A stretch of 64,000 bases of DNA, from the NCBI GenBank assembly GCA_051362555.1, contig CM120643.1, positions 4,402,001 to 4,466,000 on the forward strand. The letters are read 5' to 3'. Position numbers and translations under genes: made by a program. Positions within the stretch are counted from its first letter, which is position 1, and each line of letters opens with the position of its first letter. This stretch comes from Lingula anatina. Lineage: Eukaryota > Animalia > Brachiopoda. Below, piece by piece: positions 24,684 through 37,999 of the stretch. The notes under the pieces were generated by a model, which ran no database searches, had not been told where the DNA came from, and saw only the letters and a program-made list of their open reading frames with translations.

Positions 24684-25017
24684 AGGGATAATAATTTGTT
24701 TCTGCCAAAAAATGAATTTTCCTGGAGTAAACAATAATTTTCCCATACTTACCAATGGTTAATGAATCCATTTTTACATTCAAAGTTAGTCCCAGGTTTT
24801 TTTCTAAAAAGTTTGGTTTTTTGTTAAAATCTCTTAAGAGATTTTAACAGAGTATAGCCATCAATGGAGGTCACTTGGTCTAAAGACAAGCACAGATATC
24901 AGAATAATAGCTATAACTGCAGTTTTTGTGGTAAAACAGAATATATTATATTTCTATGAGTTATTCACAATGTTTTTATTGTGAAATATAGATCTCATAC
25001 GAAGAGTTATTATCCCT
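24684..25017 (+). mobile_element. Kolobok-like MITE with TTAA TSD
   Basis: TTAA-AGGGATAATAA...TTATTATCCCT-TTAA. A near-identical inverted copy lies at 57796-58131. Confidence 0.85.
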
Positions 25018-25094
25018 TTAAAGGCCATACATTTATACCCTACATATATTTAGCCATCAAACATGTCCTACTGCTAAACACATCCAGGCTTATT

Positions 25095-25256
25095 TCCCGC
25101 TGGGTGGGGTTGATATAACATTGTTTTCTGACATTGATACAACGTTGTTATCTGAGGTTGACACAACTTTCAAATCCAACATTTATCCAATGTCTACTCA
25201 ACGTTATGGTTCAACGTTGTTTCAACGTTAAAACAACATAATTTGCCCGCTGGGTA
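25095..25256 (+). mobile_element. CACTA/EnSpm-like right end
   Basis: CAACGTT repeats ending TGCCCGCTGGG, inverted to the end at 19872. No clear TSD. Confidence 0.5.
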
Positions 25257-25261
25257 TGCTA

Positions 25262-25800
25262 TTTTCAATTCTTTGGCATGTTAACCATCTCATTATTGAA
25301 CTAATTACCTGTTTGTCTGTCATCCACATTACTCAAAAAGCTATGGACCAATTTTGATGAAATTTTCAGGAACTGTCAGAAGTGGGCCAAAGAACAGATA
25401 GTTTTTGTTGGTGATCCGGATCAATAATCAATCAAAAATCAAAAATAAAAAACTTAATCATTATAGAATGAAAATTTAGGGGTGAAACGGCATTGTGTTT
25501 TTTTTTATGCTTGGTGCTTTTTTTAGTTGCATATGTAAACATGTTCTTTTGACATTTTCTGCATCTTAACAATTTTGTTAGTTGTTTATATTAAAATCAT
25601 GGTAAATCTGTTAGCGTGTATTGTGAAATAAAGAATAAGAAATGGAAATAAAATTATATCAGTGTAGTTTGTCAGATTCGTTCCTTTACTGTTTTCAGAT
25701 CAAGGAAATTAGATATTTAAAATTGTTCTATTGATGTATTTTTTATTTGTTTGAATAGGTCTGTCCATACTGTAATGCCATACTTGAAATTTTGTTAATT
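25262..25800 (+). mobile_element. Fragment of the HINE family found at 51072-54151
   Basis: Shares TTCAATTCTT.GGCATGTTAAC..TCTCATTATTGAACTAAT and downstream blocks with 51900-52150. Confidence 0.6.
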
Positions 25801-26349
25801 CTTTTGGAGGTGGTGCAATGTTCTTTATGTATGAAGATATATTGGTTTTCATTTTTAGATACTAGTGAAAGTCTTTATGTTTTTGGTACATGCATGCCAA
25901 TAGTATGTATGTTCTTCATTATTTCACTGTAATAAAGGATATTTTGGGGGAAAATATGTATGTTCAATTTTTGCTCTTTTTCTCCCTCTAATCTTTTCCC
26001 TTTCACTTTAATTTTTATAAGAAAAACAAATATTTTTATGAAAAAATGGAATAATATCAATAAGTAGATTTTCCAATTAAAAATATACAAAGGTTAGACA
26101 AAATTCTAATTTCAAGAGGGGAATATTGGTGCGATATATTTTTCAGAAACCTCTTAATCCGCCACTGCATTACCGATATGCGCGTTACCATATTGCGTGT
26201 AGATTGTTGTTGTTGTTATTGTTGTTATTTACGTTGTGAATTGTCTGTCGGCGCAACACTCAATAACTCCCTTTCCTTTAACTTGTTTGATTCCGTTATA
26301 ATATTTACAACATCAATTGAGAAGGCTACAAGTTGCCTTAAAATTTTGC

Positions 26350-29300
26350 ATGTGATCCTCTATGAAGAGGAACTGTAGTGACCAACAAGATTTTTAACTC
26401 TGAATTTATTTACTTCTGAATAATTTGACTGTTATGGGCATTATTTTTTTCGCTCGGCTTTCTCCTTTATATTCGCTTAAAAAGAGAGAGAGAGGGTATT
26501 CTAATTAAATTCATCCTTGTCGAACACAAACAGAAATGCTGTCAAAATTTTAATGCTTTGCCGATATCCATTTTCAATCACAGTTTTTTTTACCTATATC
26601 AAATAATTATGACGAAATGTCGCGTGCGATTTTCGCCCAAAAGCCGTGACGTCTGCAGCGCATCTCTGAGGCGCATTTACTAATTATTTTTCACTCGTGG
26701 AATGATTGTGTTAGTGCAGAAAATTTCTTTCTCGCCAGATGACAACTGAAAACTTTGATAATATTTTTTGAACCACCATTAAGATCATCAAGGCCATCAA
26801 GATCATCATCGTTACCATGGACATAATAAGATTTAGATAAGACTATTTAGGTCCAAGTCGTTACAAATCTCTGAACATCACTTCCGGCCAGTCTTATATT
26901 ACTTCAAGGAACCTAATTTGCATATAAGAGAAAAAATGCATTTTTCTTGATTTTGGCCGGTCTCCAATTTTTTCATTATTTTCAAATAGCAATGTCATCT
27001 TTTGCTCACAAATCGGGACAACTTTATTCCAAATGCACTGTTTGTAAATTATGTAATTAGAAATAATTTTTATATCACAGACGTGTATCACGTTCTCACT
27101 CCATAGCCATAAAACTCGACAATAGCTGCCTGGGTATAAAAGTAGGTCAATTGCCTGTATAAAATTGCCATACGATTATTGATTTTTTAGTGTGTACCGT
27201 TTTAGGGGGGAGACACAAGTGGGAGATGTATCAAGATACCAGCAAAATATTTTGGTTGCATGCGGGTACTGAAAGTCAGAGTATATTGCAAACTTTGAAA
27301 GAAAAGAGTAAAACTAGCCCCCATCTCCAGCTTCACCATGTAGAACTTTATAGATGCCACGGTCCCTCTCTATATCATCTGACTCTCCCTAAAATTTTTT
27401 GGACCGCGTTAACTGTTCAGCTCCCGGGAACCGCGAAGCATCCAGCGAGGTAGCAGACGCTGAGCTCTGCAGACGGCACATTGCATTCACAAGAGGGGGT
27501 AAAGGTTTTCTAGGGAAATGCTGTATTTTATTACATCTGACGAATTACGTGATAAAGGAAAGATGTTTTACATATTTGAATTTATATTGACTAAGTGCAG
27601 TGAGAGACATTGATTCACTGTATTTCTTCTCAAAATTGACAGATTTAAAAAAAAAAGAGCAAAAGAGATTACCTATCTCCCCTATGAATCCTTACATGGC
27701 ATATCCTATCCGTGAACTTGATCTACTTTAGTTTTCACACTCCTACACACGCTGAGTTTGTATCGTATCAATAGAAATGGGGCGTATTGGTGGGACGGGG
27801 GGGGAGGGGGGGGGGGGGGAGAATTCTAATGTGACTTTTCATGTTCAAGAAGATATGGTATTTCTATTTTGATAATGCTACATGTATAACAGTTAATGAA
27901 CAGTATTACACACAGCTAGACCGAAGTCTGTTGTTTTATACGTTTTTTTTTTTAATATAAAATAAAACATTTTATTTTAAAAGATAGACCTGAATTGAGA
28001 GCGTTGGCAACGGGGAAGAGCAGTTTTGTATCCAAACCCACAGTTGTTGATTATGCTGGTCTGCACATTCCAAGCTTTATTGTAATTTTGATCTGATTCG
28101 TTTATGTTAAGATGATTTACTTCGGACAAATAGTGAACCGATGTACAACTTCGATGATTCGATTTGGTTCTCCCCCTCTTCGACGATGAGCCTGTGTGTG
28201 TGTGTGTGTGCGTGTGTGCGTGTGTAGTGTATGCCGTGTATTTCGTTTTCACGTAGTCCTGCCATACATTGACAAGGTACCGACATTATTTTAAAAATTA
28301 ATTGTAGCTTAATTGTAGTCAAGGGTGTGTATATTTTATTTTAATTTCCATTTGCTTGAAGCTGTATTTGTTGTTCAGATTCCGTTTTTAATTAATTTAA
28401 AATTATTTTGCCTTTGTTCTTTTCATTAATTTTTCTTGTATTATTCTGAAAAGTAATTTTTTATTTTTAGGTAATAATTACTTTGTTATAGATATAGAGT
28501 CATCCAGATTTGTTCATGATTCTATAAATTAGTGACAATACCACCAACAAGAATGCCTTAATTAAACCCGTTCTCTAGCGCGTGGTTTCCTACGTAAAGA
28601 CTCCTATTTATGGTTTTGATGTGCACTGTTTGAACTTTGTCGCTTCGGACTGCGACGGAAGTATGATGGTGATGAAGACGTACGTGCCGAGATTTAACGT
28701 AAATGCGAAATGATAATAGATAAAAGAATATCCAGCTTTAATTTCAGTTTATTTTCCGTGAAAGTTGTCTGATATCTTATTGATTCATGTGTCGATGTAT
28801 GTTTGCAATATCTACTTTATGTAGGAGTGGTAGCAGCAACAGTTCACAATTCACTGCCAGAAACTTTTTGCTTGCCTTGCTTGTATCTGTAATAAAAAGT
28901 ACAAGCTTAAAGCGCAGATAATTGGTGGCTATGTACAGTAATAGAACTAATAGTAATTAAAAGTGAAAACGATAGAAAAAAAGCCCTTAAAACTCGCATC
29001 ATGAACCACCACAGTACAAACAGTCACCATTTTAAATGGACACATACGCGACACAAGACAAAGACGGATTGTCGAGAAGTTCATAAAGATATTAGACACT
29101 TCAAAAAGGGACTTTATAGAGACAATGAGTATCTCAACGAATATTATTCTTGTTTTATTATTACGTAATCTTCAAGACGTTAACCTTTATCACGCACTTC
29201 TAACTTATTGTCCCTTTTCCATGCATCATACACCACTTATACCAGTAGTTTGCTTGTTTATTCTTGTTTTGGTACCTGAAGAAGGTTCACAAGCCAAAAG

Positions 29301-29507
29301 CTCGGGCATTTTTTTTTATCTTTCAGAGTTAACCTTTATAGATGCGTTTTCAATATATACATCTTTTTCCGTAAAGATACGAAAAATGCGGTCGAATGAA
29401 AATCTGCAGTTTTAAATATCAGTCAAAGCAATTGATTATCATAAAAGAGGTTTGTTATCTGATTCTGGTCCGAGGATCAATTGACTGTGAATTCGGCCAG
29501 ACACAAC

Positions 29508-29553
<46 letters not shown>

Positions 29554-30530
29554 TCTACTCGAGCCACAGATGGAGTTTTCTCTAGATATTCACAAATATG
29601 TATAAAAGTCAAAAATGCCTTTCATAATTTTTTAAAGAAATATTTCTGTGTATGATTTGAACGCAAAGGACGATGGCGTTTGTTACGTTATTTAAAAGCA
29701 GTATTGACGACAGCTATCATCTGAGTCCTCAAAGAAGGGTGAACTCATAACACGGTCGGAGGTACGTTGTGTGGATAAATACAATGTAATAATAACATTT
29801 TGTCTCTCTTCTCTCGCTCTTTTTCACTTTAGTGAGTCTTTCGATGCACACGAAAATCGTTAGCTCAGCACCTGTGCTAATCAACAGGAAATGCGGACTT
29901 AATTTTAAACCTTCGTTACTGTCGCTCACAACACCATCTCACATTCGCCCATAAGGTTATTTTCCATAAAGTAAAAGAAATTATGAACTTTTCAGGAAGC
30001 AAGTATAATGTCTAACGTCTTAGAAAATATCTAGAATGTTTATCTTAAGCAAGCAATAAATAACTTGCAGCTATTTTCGCGGTGCCGCCCGGCTTTTAAA
30101 AACTGAGAAATCCTCCGTCGCGTATTTTTGTTGCAGATCATTAATTTTAGTTGTTCGATGCTTTTGAAATATTTTAGTCATTAATCTTCATTTTAGTTAA
30201 AACAATGACGGAAGGCCCCATTGGGTATTTTTCTTATCCGTGAAAGCCTCTTATCATTTCCCGAGATGCTCTCAGCGTTCTTATTTTAATAAACGTTATT
30301 CGTGAAGCACCCCATTCCCGGGAATCGTGAATTGCGGGTTTCTATCCCTCGTCCCTAGTGAAACGAAGTCATTATAGTCGATGATAGTTATTTTCAGCTC
30401 GCCAGACTAGCATTTTCAATGAGATATGAATAAAGTTTATAATTAATATGTGTGATTTGTGATTTGATGATTTTATTTCCCGCAGCCGTGAACTGTGATC
30501 ACTACCCCCCCCCCCCCTTCCCAGCGAGCC
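26350..30530 (+). repeat. Segmental duplication, copy B, including pseudo-exon 27191-27498
   Basis: Colinear with 5380-8820, with an extra ~1.5-kb block at ~28230-29780. Confidence 0.9.
29020..29330 (+). mobile_element. Penelope-like element 3' fragment (GIY-YIG C-terminus plus hammerhead-like motif)
   Basis: VTILNGHIRDTRQRRIVEKFIKILDT(fs)KGLYRDNEYLNEY resembles the PLE GIY-YIG end (GLNRD). It is followed by CCTGAAGAAGG..GCCAAAAGCTCGGG. Confidence 0.6.
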
Positions 30531-30599
30531 CTCATGATTAGCTAGACCTTATACATATGTCCAAGGCTAGACGATATGTTAATAGAGCACAGTCAAATC

Positions 30600-30773
30600 C
30601 AGAGGCGGATTTAGGCCGTCTTCTAGGTCTTCCGGAAGACAGTCAGATTTTCAAGTTTACATTGACGGGTATCTAAATTTTTCTGTGGGAAGACGGTCAA
30701 AAATGGATGGATGGATCAACAAAGACACTGGTAATTTGGAAGACTGTCAGAAAATAGTTCTGGATCCGCCCCT
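30600..30773 (+). mobile_element. hAT-type MITE
   Basis: TIRs CAGAGGCGGAT / ATCCGCCCCTG; homologous to 10710-10870. Confidence 0.75.
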
Positions 30774-31590
30774 GACAGTCAGATGTTTTACACGAAACAC
30801 GACATTCTCTTAGAAAGCTATTTGCAAAACCTTCGTTACCGGGCATTGAGAAAATATACTTGGGATTGAGGAAAAAATTTAGACCTTTTGAAAAAAAATT
30901 AACGCGCATCTAATATTAAAAGGCTTCCCTAAGCCTACTAGCACAGTCTCTGGCGCTGTCTATAAAAGTAAAGTACAGGTACTAGTAACTTTGCAGGATA
31001 TTTAAGCAAAAATTGACTTTATAATATTTTCAAGTATGTTTATTATACTTTTAATGCTAATTAAATGTGAAGGTCCTTAAATGCTCCATTTGCTCATATT
31101 GAGCGTTGTGTTAGCAGTGCTGACATCTAGCAAAAGTTGAAGCAAAAAGAAAATATGTAAAAATAACAATAAAAAAGAACTTAAAATTACCTTTTTGTAA
31201 AAATATATTCTCAATCAATAATATCACATCTAAACGAAAAATCAAAAGATATAATAACCTGGACGCAGAGTAAAACTGCGGCGCGCTTCATGTGACCGGA
31301 TGTACCGAGATGTGACACAGTATTCACTGCGGGTTTTCGTTGACCTACTTAGTCGGGCTTAGTTCGGCGGAGCGGGAACATTTTGCACGTTATGAAATAA
31401 CGCTATACCAAGGACAAGATATATTTATGAGTTACCATCAAAGTCTCATCTGAAGCAGTAGGACATTCCACGATTCCAGCATCCTTTTAAATGCATGCAA
31501 AGACATTCTTGATGACAAGAGGGTGAGTAATTTGTTGCAGTGATCTGGTACCGGAAGTCTTGGGATTGAAAGCGACAGTTGGGCGGGGCT

Positions 31591-31631
<41 letters not shown>

Positions 31632-32409
31632 TGCAGTTACAAGAGCTAGAGGATAGATAAAGGGAGTGTTATAAGTGTTATTCAGTAGATCTGGATTCCT
31701 GGAAATATCTGAGGTAAAATGTAAAATGTTCTAGCAGAGTAAGGGAGCAATAGGGTTTCTATATGTTCAATGTTGTCCTAAAAAGTTATTTGTGGGGATT
31801 TTTGCAGTGTTCACTTCGTCCTATCAGGTATCTTAATAACTCTCTATTTAGCCATAGCCCTCCAACTGGAGTGAAGTAATGACTTTGCATGTTAGGAACT
31901 CATACATACCCCAGTATGTAGCCAAGTATAACATCACATTATTACAATGTTACATCTGGACTGCACCATTCCTGCATTGAATATAGTGTTGTGACACATT
32001 TTGAGGCATGTCATGCTGCTTAAGATGCAAAGTCACATCAAATGTCCCTCTAAATTTAGATTAAATTGCCAGTATAAAATGATGACAATTTTAAGTTTGA
32101 TTTTTTTTTACATGAAGTCATGGCAAAACATCAGATGCATATTAGCAATTTTTTGAAAGTACAAATTTCTGTGAATATGAGGAAGCTGCCAAGTTTGACT
32201 TTGCCCAGGACCACTGTCAGTTTAGACATGCAAACAAATAGCCCTTTTTGTCGGGAAAAGGTTCCCTCTGGGTAAATTTTCATTTAGGTACACAATGGTT
32301 TCATGGTAAAAGGTCCACTTTTTTAGGGAAAAAAAAAACTTTTGAAATAGCTGGCTACAGGCCTGTTGAATGTTTATAGTGAGTGTTTCTCTTTTTTGTT
32401 TTTTCAGCT

Positions 32410-34090
32410 CAGGCACACAGTTTGACAGAGTGGTCAAATCTGAAAATGCAGTGATTCTCAATGAGATAGCAGAGAAAACCCTCACTGACCCAACACTAAT
32501 CAAACTTGGAAGGAGAATCTCAACAGGAGATTGGAATCAGCAATCTGTACAGAAAAGATGAGGACATTGATTGAACCATACTGGGACATGAGAGAAGAAT
32601 TTAGTATTATTGAAGCACACAAACCATTAGTACCCATGTTTAACAAAGCACAAGCAAAATTACCACAGAGAATAGAGCAATGGGTGATGGACTTACAAGA
32701 TGTTGACTATGAAGTGGTATATGAGCCAGGGAAGAATGATGCAGACCCAGATTATCTCTCCAGACACCCACTGCCACAAATGGGTGGTCATAGTACAGAG
32801 AAGATGATCAGATGGATGGTCAAATCTGAAAATGCAGCGATTCTCGGTGAGATAGCAGAGAAAACAATCACTGACCCAACACTAATCAAACTTGGAGGGA
32901 GAATACACTCATTATACGTGACTATGTTTTAGTTAAACAGAACAAAAGAAACAAACTCTCAACACCATATGAACTGATTTTCTATATCGTCATGGAAATA
33001 CATGGTTCTCAAGTTACTGCCAGAAGAGTTATAGACAGAAGAACAATCTGCAGAGATGCAAGTCAATTCAAACTGTGTAACAATGTTGTAAACACAACAG
33101 ATGATGTAATGAAAATTCCAGCAGACTTGTATTTGAAAGAAAACACAAATGAGATGAGAAGACAAGATGATGCATGTGAATTGCAACTTAGTGATACATT
33201 GTATATTACAGTGAAAAGTGACATTGCAGCAACAGACACACAGAATATTCCAAACTTAGATGATATTGCATTAAATACAGAAAATTCAATTGATGAGAAG
33301 ATACCACAGCAAGAGAAAAACAGTGATCATATTGCAGAACCAATTACACTAGACCACAGAGAACGATCAGAAGACCAGTTACTTTAAAGATTGTGTAATC
33401 AGGATGAAGGCGGATCACTGTCCTGAGGAGAAAAAAAGTAGTCTGGGATAATTTCTAGATGTAATCAGGATGAAGGCGGATTGCTGTCCTGAAAAAAAGG
33501 AATCTGAGATAATTTATATTTAATCAGGATGAAAGCGGATCGCTGTCCTGAAAAAAGTAATCTTAGATGATTTATATTTAATCAGGATGAAGGCGGATCG
33601 CTGTCCTGAAAAAAGTAATCTGAGATAATTTATATAATTTAATCAGGATGAGGGCGGATCACTGTCCTGAAAAAAAGTAATCTGAGATAATTTATATTAA
33701 ATCAGAATGAAGGCGGATCGCTGTCCTGAAAAAAGTAATCTGAGACAATTTATATTTAATCAGGATGAAGGCGGATCGCTGTCCTGAAAAACTCGAGCAT
33801 ATAGCACTCAAGATGTGACTTTATACAATATGAAAACTGAAAATTCATTAGGATTCAGAATATTCAAGGATAATGGTTGACAAAGACTGTTTTTTTTTGT
33901 TTTTTTTTTAAGTTTATATGTTGTAGACAAAAATTAAGGTTGGGAGGAATGTTATATCCAATACATGGCTGCCGATTAGGCACGTCTAGACTGGGGCCAC
34001 CACCTGGTGGATGACGTGGTAATGGGATCAAGTGTGAAAGAAGCCCATGGCAAGTGAGACCCAGGGCACCTGGTCATAACAGATGATAAG
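32410..34090 (+). mobile_element. Deleted/rearranged Gypsy LTR retrotransposon (RNase H end, integrase C-terminus, 3' UTR repeats, PPT, LTR start)
   Basis: HKPLVPMF..RIEQWVMDLQ..YEVVYEPGK..DYLSRHP; GSQVTARR..RDASQFK; purine tract GGGAGGAA then TGTT at 33950. Confidence 0.85.
33396..33790. repeat. ~58-bp tandem repeat x7 in the Gypsy 3' UTR, each unit with a hairpin
   Basis: TAATCAGGATGAAGGCGGATCGCTGTCCTGA core with TCAGGA/TCCTGA and GCG/CGC stems. Confidence 0.9.
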
Positions 34091-34094
34091 TATT

Positions 34095-36490
34095 CTACCC
34101 AAGGTGGAGCAGTGGTCATTACCCACCGTCACCCATCACCATGCCAAAAACACCTCCTTGCAGGTAGTGCACAAAATTATTGCTTGGTTTTGTTTTACTA
34201 GTTGTGTTACAATAGATAATTTGTATTCTATCCTTCCCATGTAGATCAACAAACCAGTTATCATATTTTGTGTTTCCTTTAAATTTAAATAAAATTTTCA
34301 CTTCTCTCATGTTAGTCCTCACAAAATGTACTTCTACATGGCACGGTAAACTGATATACTTATCCTAGATTATTACAGCCATTGTGTGCAAATTTCTCAA
34401 AAATCCCAGATTTGGCAGAGTTCTGTTTATTTAACTTTGATCAGTTTAAGATTGTGACAGTTGTACCAGTCACAGTTGTGCCCAGCAGCCTCCAAAAGAC
34501 ATTTTAAACTTGTCTCTGTTCAGTCACCACAACTGTGATGTCTGTCATATTAGGTGGATATTTGGCAGTATATTGTAGGTTTAATATTCTGCTGGCTCTT
34601 GTGGACTGTCAGGGTTCTGTCTTTTTATTAAGATAATTTATGTCACTTCATTAATGTAATCTTTTGTCTCTTTTTCCACTTCCAGTCTCCTTACAGTCTT
34701 GTCATCTAGGTGAGCTGACTTTACCTGGCTGGACATGGGGGACATGTATTGTTGAAATAGACAGGAAATAGCAGCTGCGGGAATATCCCTTCATCTCACA
34801 CAGTTGTGCAAGACACAGCAAGTTTCAGGATGAATGGGTTGTGAAGAGCCAGAGACAGGACAGCCATGGTAAACAGGTAACTGGACTTCTTGCAGGTTGT
34901 ACACAAAATGAACAGTTGGATTTGTTTTTCAAGTAACAGTCAGTGGGTAGAATTAGTCTTCTTTCTTACCTCTGTAGGGACACATGGCCAGTTTTCACAA
35001 GTTTTGGATTTAAATGATTTTAAATGTGACTTGAAAAACATGTTTTTTATAATTATCCAATTAAAATTGTAATGTGCATTGCAGCTTTATTGTCATTAAA
35101 TGACTTGATCCACACATCTCATTTGTAAAAAATGCATTTCTTTAGTTTTAGCCATTAGTCTTAAATGCACAAAACATATACATATGAATACTTCAATTAA
35201 AATGTTGTTCATGACATGTGCTTTAAACATATTGGCTGATTGAAATTCATGTTCTTTGGTTGGATGAAGCACTCGATTTTATTAGCTTCTGATCATCAGT
35301 GGTCAAGTGGTTGAATGCCTTGTTTAATAAATGTTTATATTTTTTCTAGTTCACACACATGGTTTGACAGTTGTTGTACATTGTTAAGTGTCTCCGAAGT
35401 GGCCTGCTTGATGTGGTCAGTTTGGGATGAAGTTCATTGGACCAAAGTGGAGCAGTGGTCATTACTTCCCTGGGATGACCCATTGTCATGACAGTAACTG
35501 GACTGCTTGCAGGTGGTACACTAAACTAATGGTTGACAATAGATAGTTGGTCTCTTAATCTTCCTCTGTAGAGAAAGAAACCAATTGTAATATTTTTGTT
35601 CCCTTTAAGTTACAGTAATTTTGTCATGATTAAAAATTTTTATTAGTAATTTCCTTTGTGACTCCTCTCAAATTACTCCTCAGAAAATGTCTTTTAATTA
35701 GTCACAGCCATTTGATAGAATTATCCCAGCTTTTTATAATTGCTAGGCATTTTATGTGCAAATTTCACAAAAATTCCATCAGATTTGGCAGAGTTCTGTT
35801 TATTTAAATGTGTTCAATCTGAGAATGTGCTGGTCTCTGCAGTCACAATTGTGCCCAGCAGCCTCCAAAAGACAAGGTCATTTTTAACTTATCACAGTTC
35901 AATCACCACAACAATGATGTCTACCATATAAGGTGGGCACTTGGCAGTGCACCATAGTTTTAATATTTTCCCAAATGGCTCTGGTGGACTGTCAGGTTTT
36001 TGTTTTGTCTTTGTTTTTAGATAATTTGTGTTTCTTCACTTATACATTGTCATGGCTCTTTTTCCAGCTCCAGTCTCCATTCAGCATGGTGTCTTCTAGG
36101 TGAACTGACTTTACCTGGCTGAACATGGAGGACATGTCTTTCATATGAAGCAAAAATGAACAGACAGCAACAGAAACATCTTCATCTCACCCAGTTGTGC
36201 AAGACATTGGATGTGGCAAGTTTTAGGATGAATGAACAGCCAGAGACAGGACAGCCATGGAAAACAGGTGACTGGACCTCTTGCAGATAGCAGACAAATG
36301 TTTGTGGTTGTTTTTTATACAAATAAGGATAGGTAAGTTGTTTCTCCTCTTTCCTTTGTGTAGAGACACAAACACCAATGATTATTTCAATATAGAAAGC
36401 ATGGATTATTATGAATAAAATATCACTGCTTTAATTGTAATGTGAATTTGTTTTATTGTCATAAAGTGCACAAAACACATAAAATGAATA
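34095..36490 (+). repeat. Diverged ~1.35-kb tandem duplication with exon-like blocks
   Basis: 34095-35200 is colinear with 35441-36490 (GTGGAGCAGTGGTCATTAC, GCCCAGCAGCCTCCAAAAGAC, GACTTTACCTGGCTG, CCAGAGACAGGACAGCCATGG). Confidence 0.85.
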
Positions 36491-37957
36491 CTTATATTTT
36501 TATTTGATCTCATTACATATGAGAAATAACTAGATGTATATCAAGCATGGTGATACAAAAATGATATTGTGCATTTTACAAAAGCATCCTGTATATGAAT
36601 AGTGTATCCTAATAATAGTTTGCACTATATTACAGAGATGATCCAGTTGCATTGCAAACATTTACACTCATTTCATTTATGTTTTTAGCAAATACACTTC
36701 TGGAATTGTGTAAAGAGCTGCTAGTGAGAGAGAGTGCTGCCAGAACCACCCAGAACAAGACTTCCAAACACAGCAGATCCTGTGGAGCCAGTTATATGGA
36801 ACAGTACAATTACACAACAAATGTGGGTTCCAGGTAACACAAAGAATCAATTTCCCCCATATACATTGAAACTATAGAGGCAGGGTATATAAAGCAAGGA
36901 GATTGTGTGGGACAATACTCTATCACTGAAGACAAATAGACACAATGGAAATGTTTAAAAGTGAATTGATATTTCAGCTCAATTGTGATGTGTTATAATA
37001 ATTTTCCCCATATGCATGGAAATTGTTACAGTACTAGTAGAGGTAGCATATACAGTGAGATTGTGGTAGACAATAAGCCATTACTGAAGAGAACAAGACT
37101 TCAGTGAAAATGTTTTTAAACAGTAACTGTGAATTTATATTTCAGGTCAGATATGATGTGTTATAAATGATCTCTGTTATTGTGAGGTCATTAAGTTGCA
37201 ATTGCAATTTTTATGACATATTTATTATATACAGACACTTTCAGTCTGTCTATATTCTGATCACTGTGTCTGTCCAGTGTCATTGCCATAGTCAGCACTT
37301 TGTGACACATCTGTTGTTTACCCTAAAACTGATAACAGTATTTTTGTTTTTTAATTTTAATTCCATGATTGGATTATTTAATGATATTGTTTTGTTATCT
37401 TTAGCAGTTTGGATATGATGCTACAGTATGTCCTGAGTATATCAAATTGAAGAAGCAAAGTAGATATGTTTGTGTATTTTTGTCCATGTTTCTGATTCTG
37501 ATATTTATTTTAATAACTAAATGTTGTCATTTTGCGAATTAATGAAATTGTTGTAAGTTCACTGTTAAATGATTTGTCAGGTGCATGACAGCAGTCAGAC
37601 AGTTCATTGGTCTGATAGTTTGATGATGCAAAGATCCAATGGTTCAAAAGGTTCAATAGTCTGAATGTTCATTGGTCTGATAGTTTGATAATGCAAATGT
37701 CCAGTTGTTCCGAAGGTTTGCTAGTCAGAAGGTTCACTTGCCTGAGATTTCATGGTTCAAAGGTTGTAAAGGTATATAGTATGAAAGGTATATAGTGTAA
37801 TATAGCAATGATAGGATTTGTTAGAGGAAGAAAACATGAACTATTTAACACAATTGATTTCTAATAAATATCTACAGTTGTTTTTATTCGGATTTCGTCT
37901 ATTGTTGATGTCTGTCTGCATTGAAAATGAGCATGTTTAAATAAATTGTTAACTGCT

Positions 37958-37959
37958 AA

Positions 37960-37999
<40 letters not shown>

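Noticed and set aside
33396-33790. CRISPR-like appearance (31-nt palindromic repeat with ~27-35-nt spacers)
   Set aside because: The spacers are variants of one sequence, there are no cas genes, and the array sits in the 3' UTR of a eukaryotic Gypsy element.
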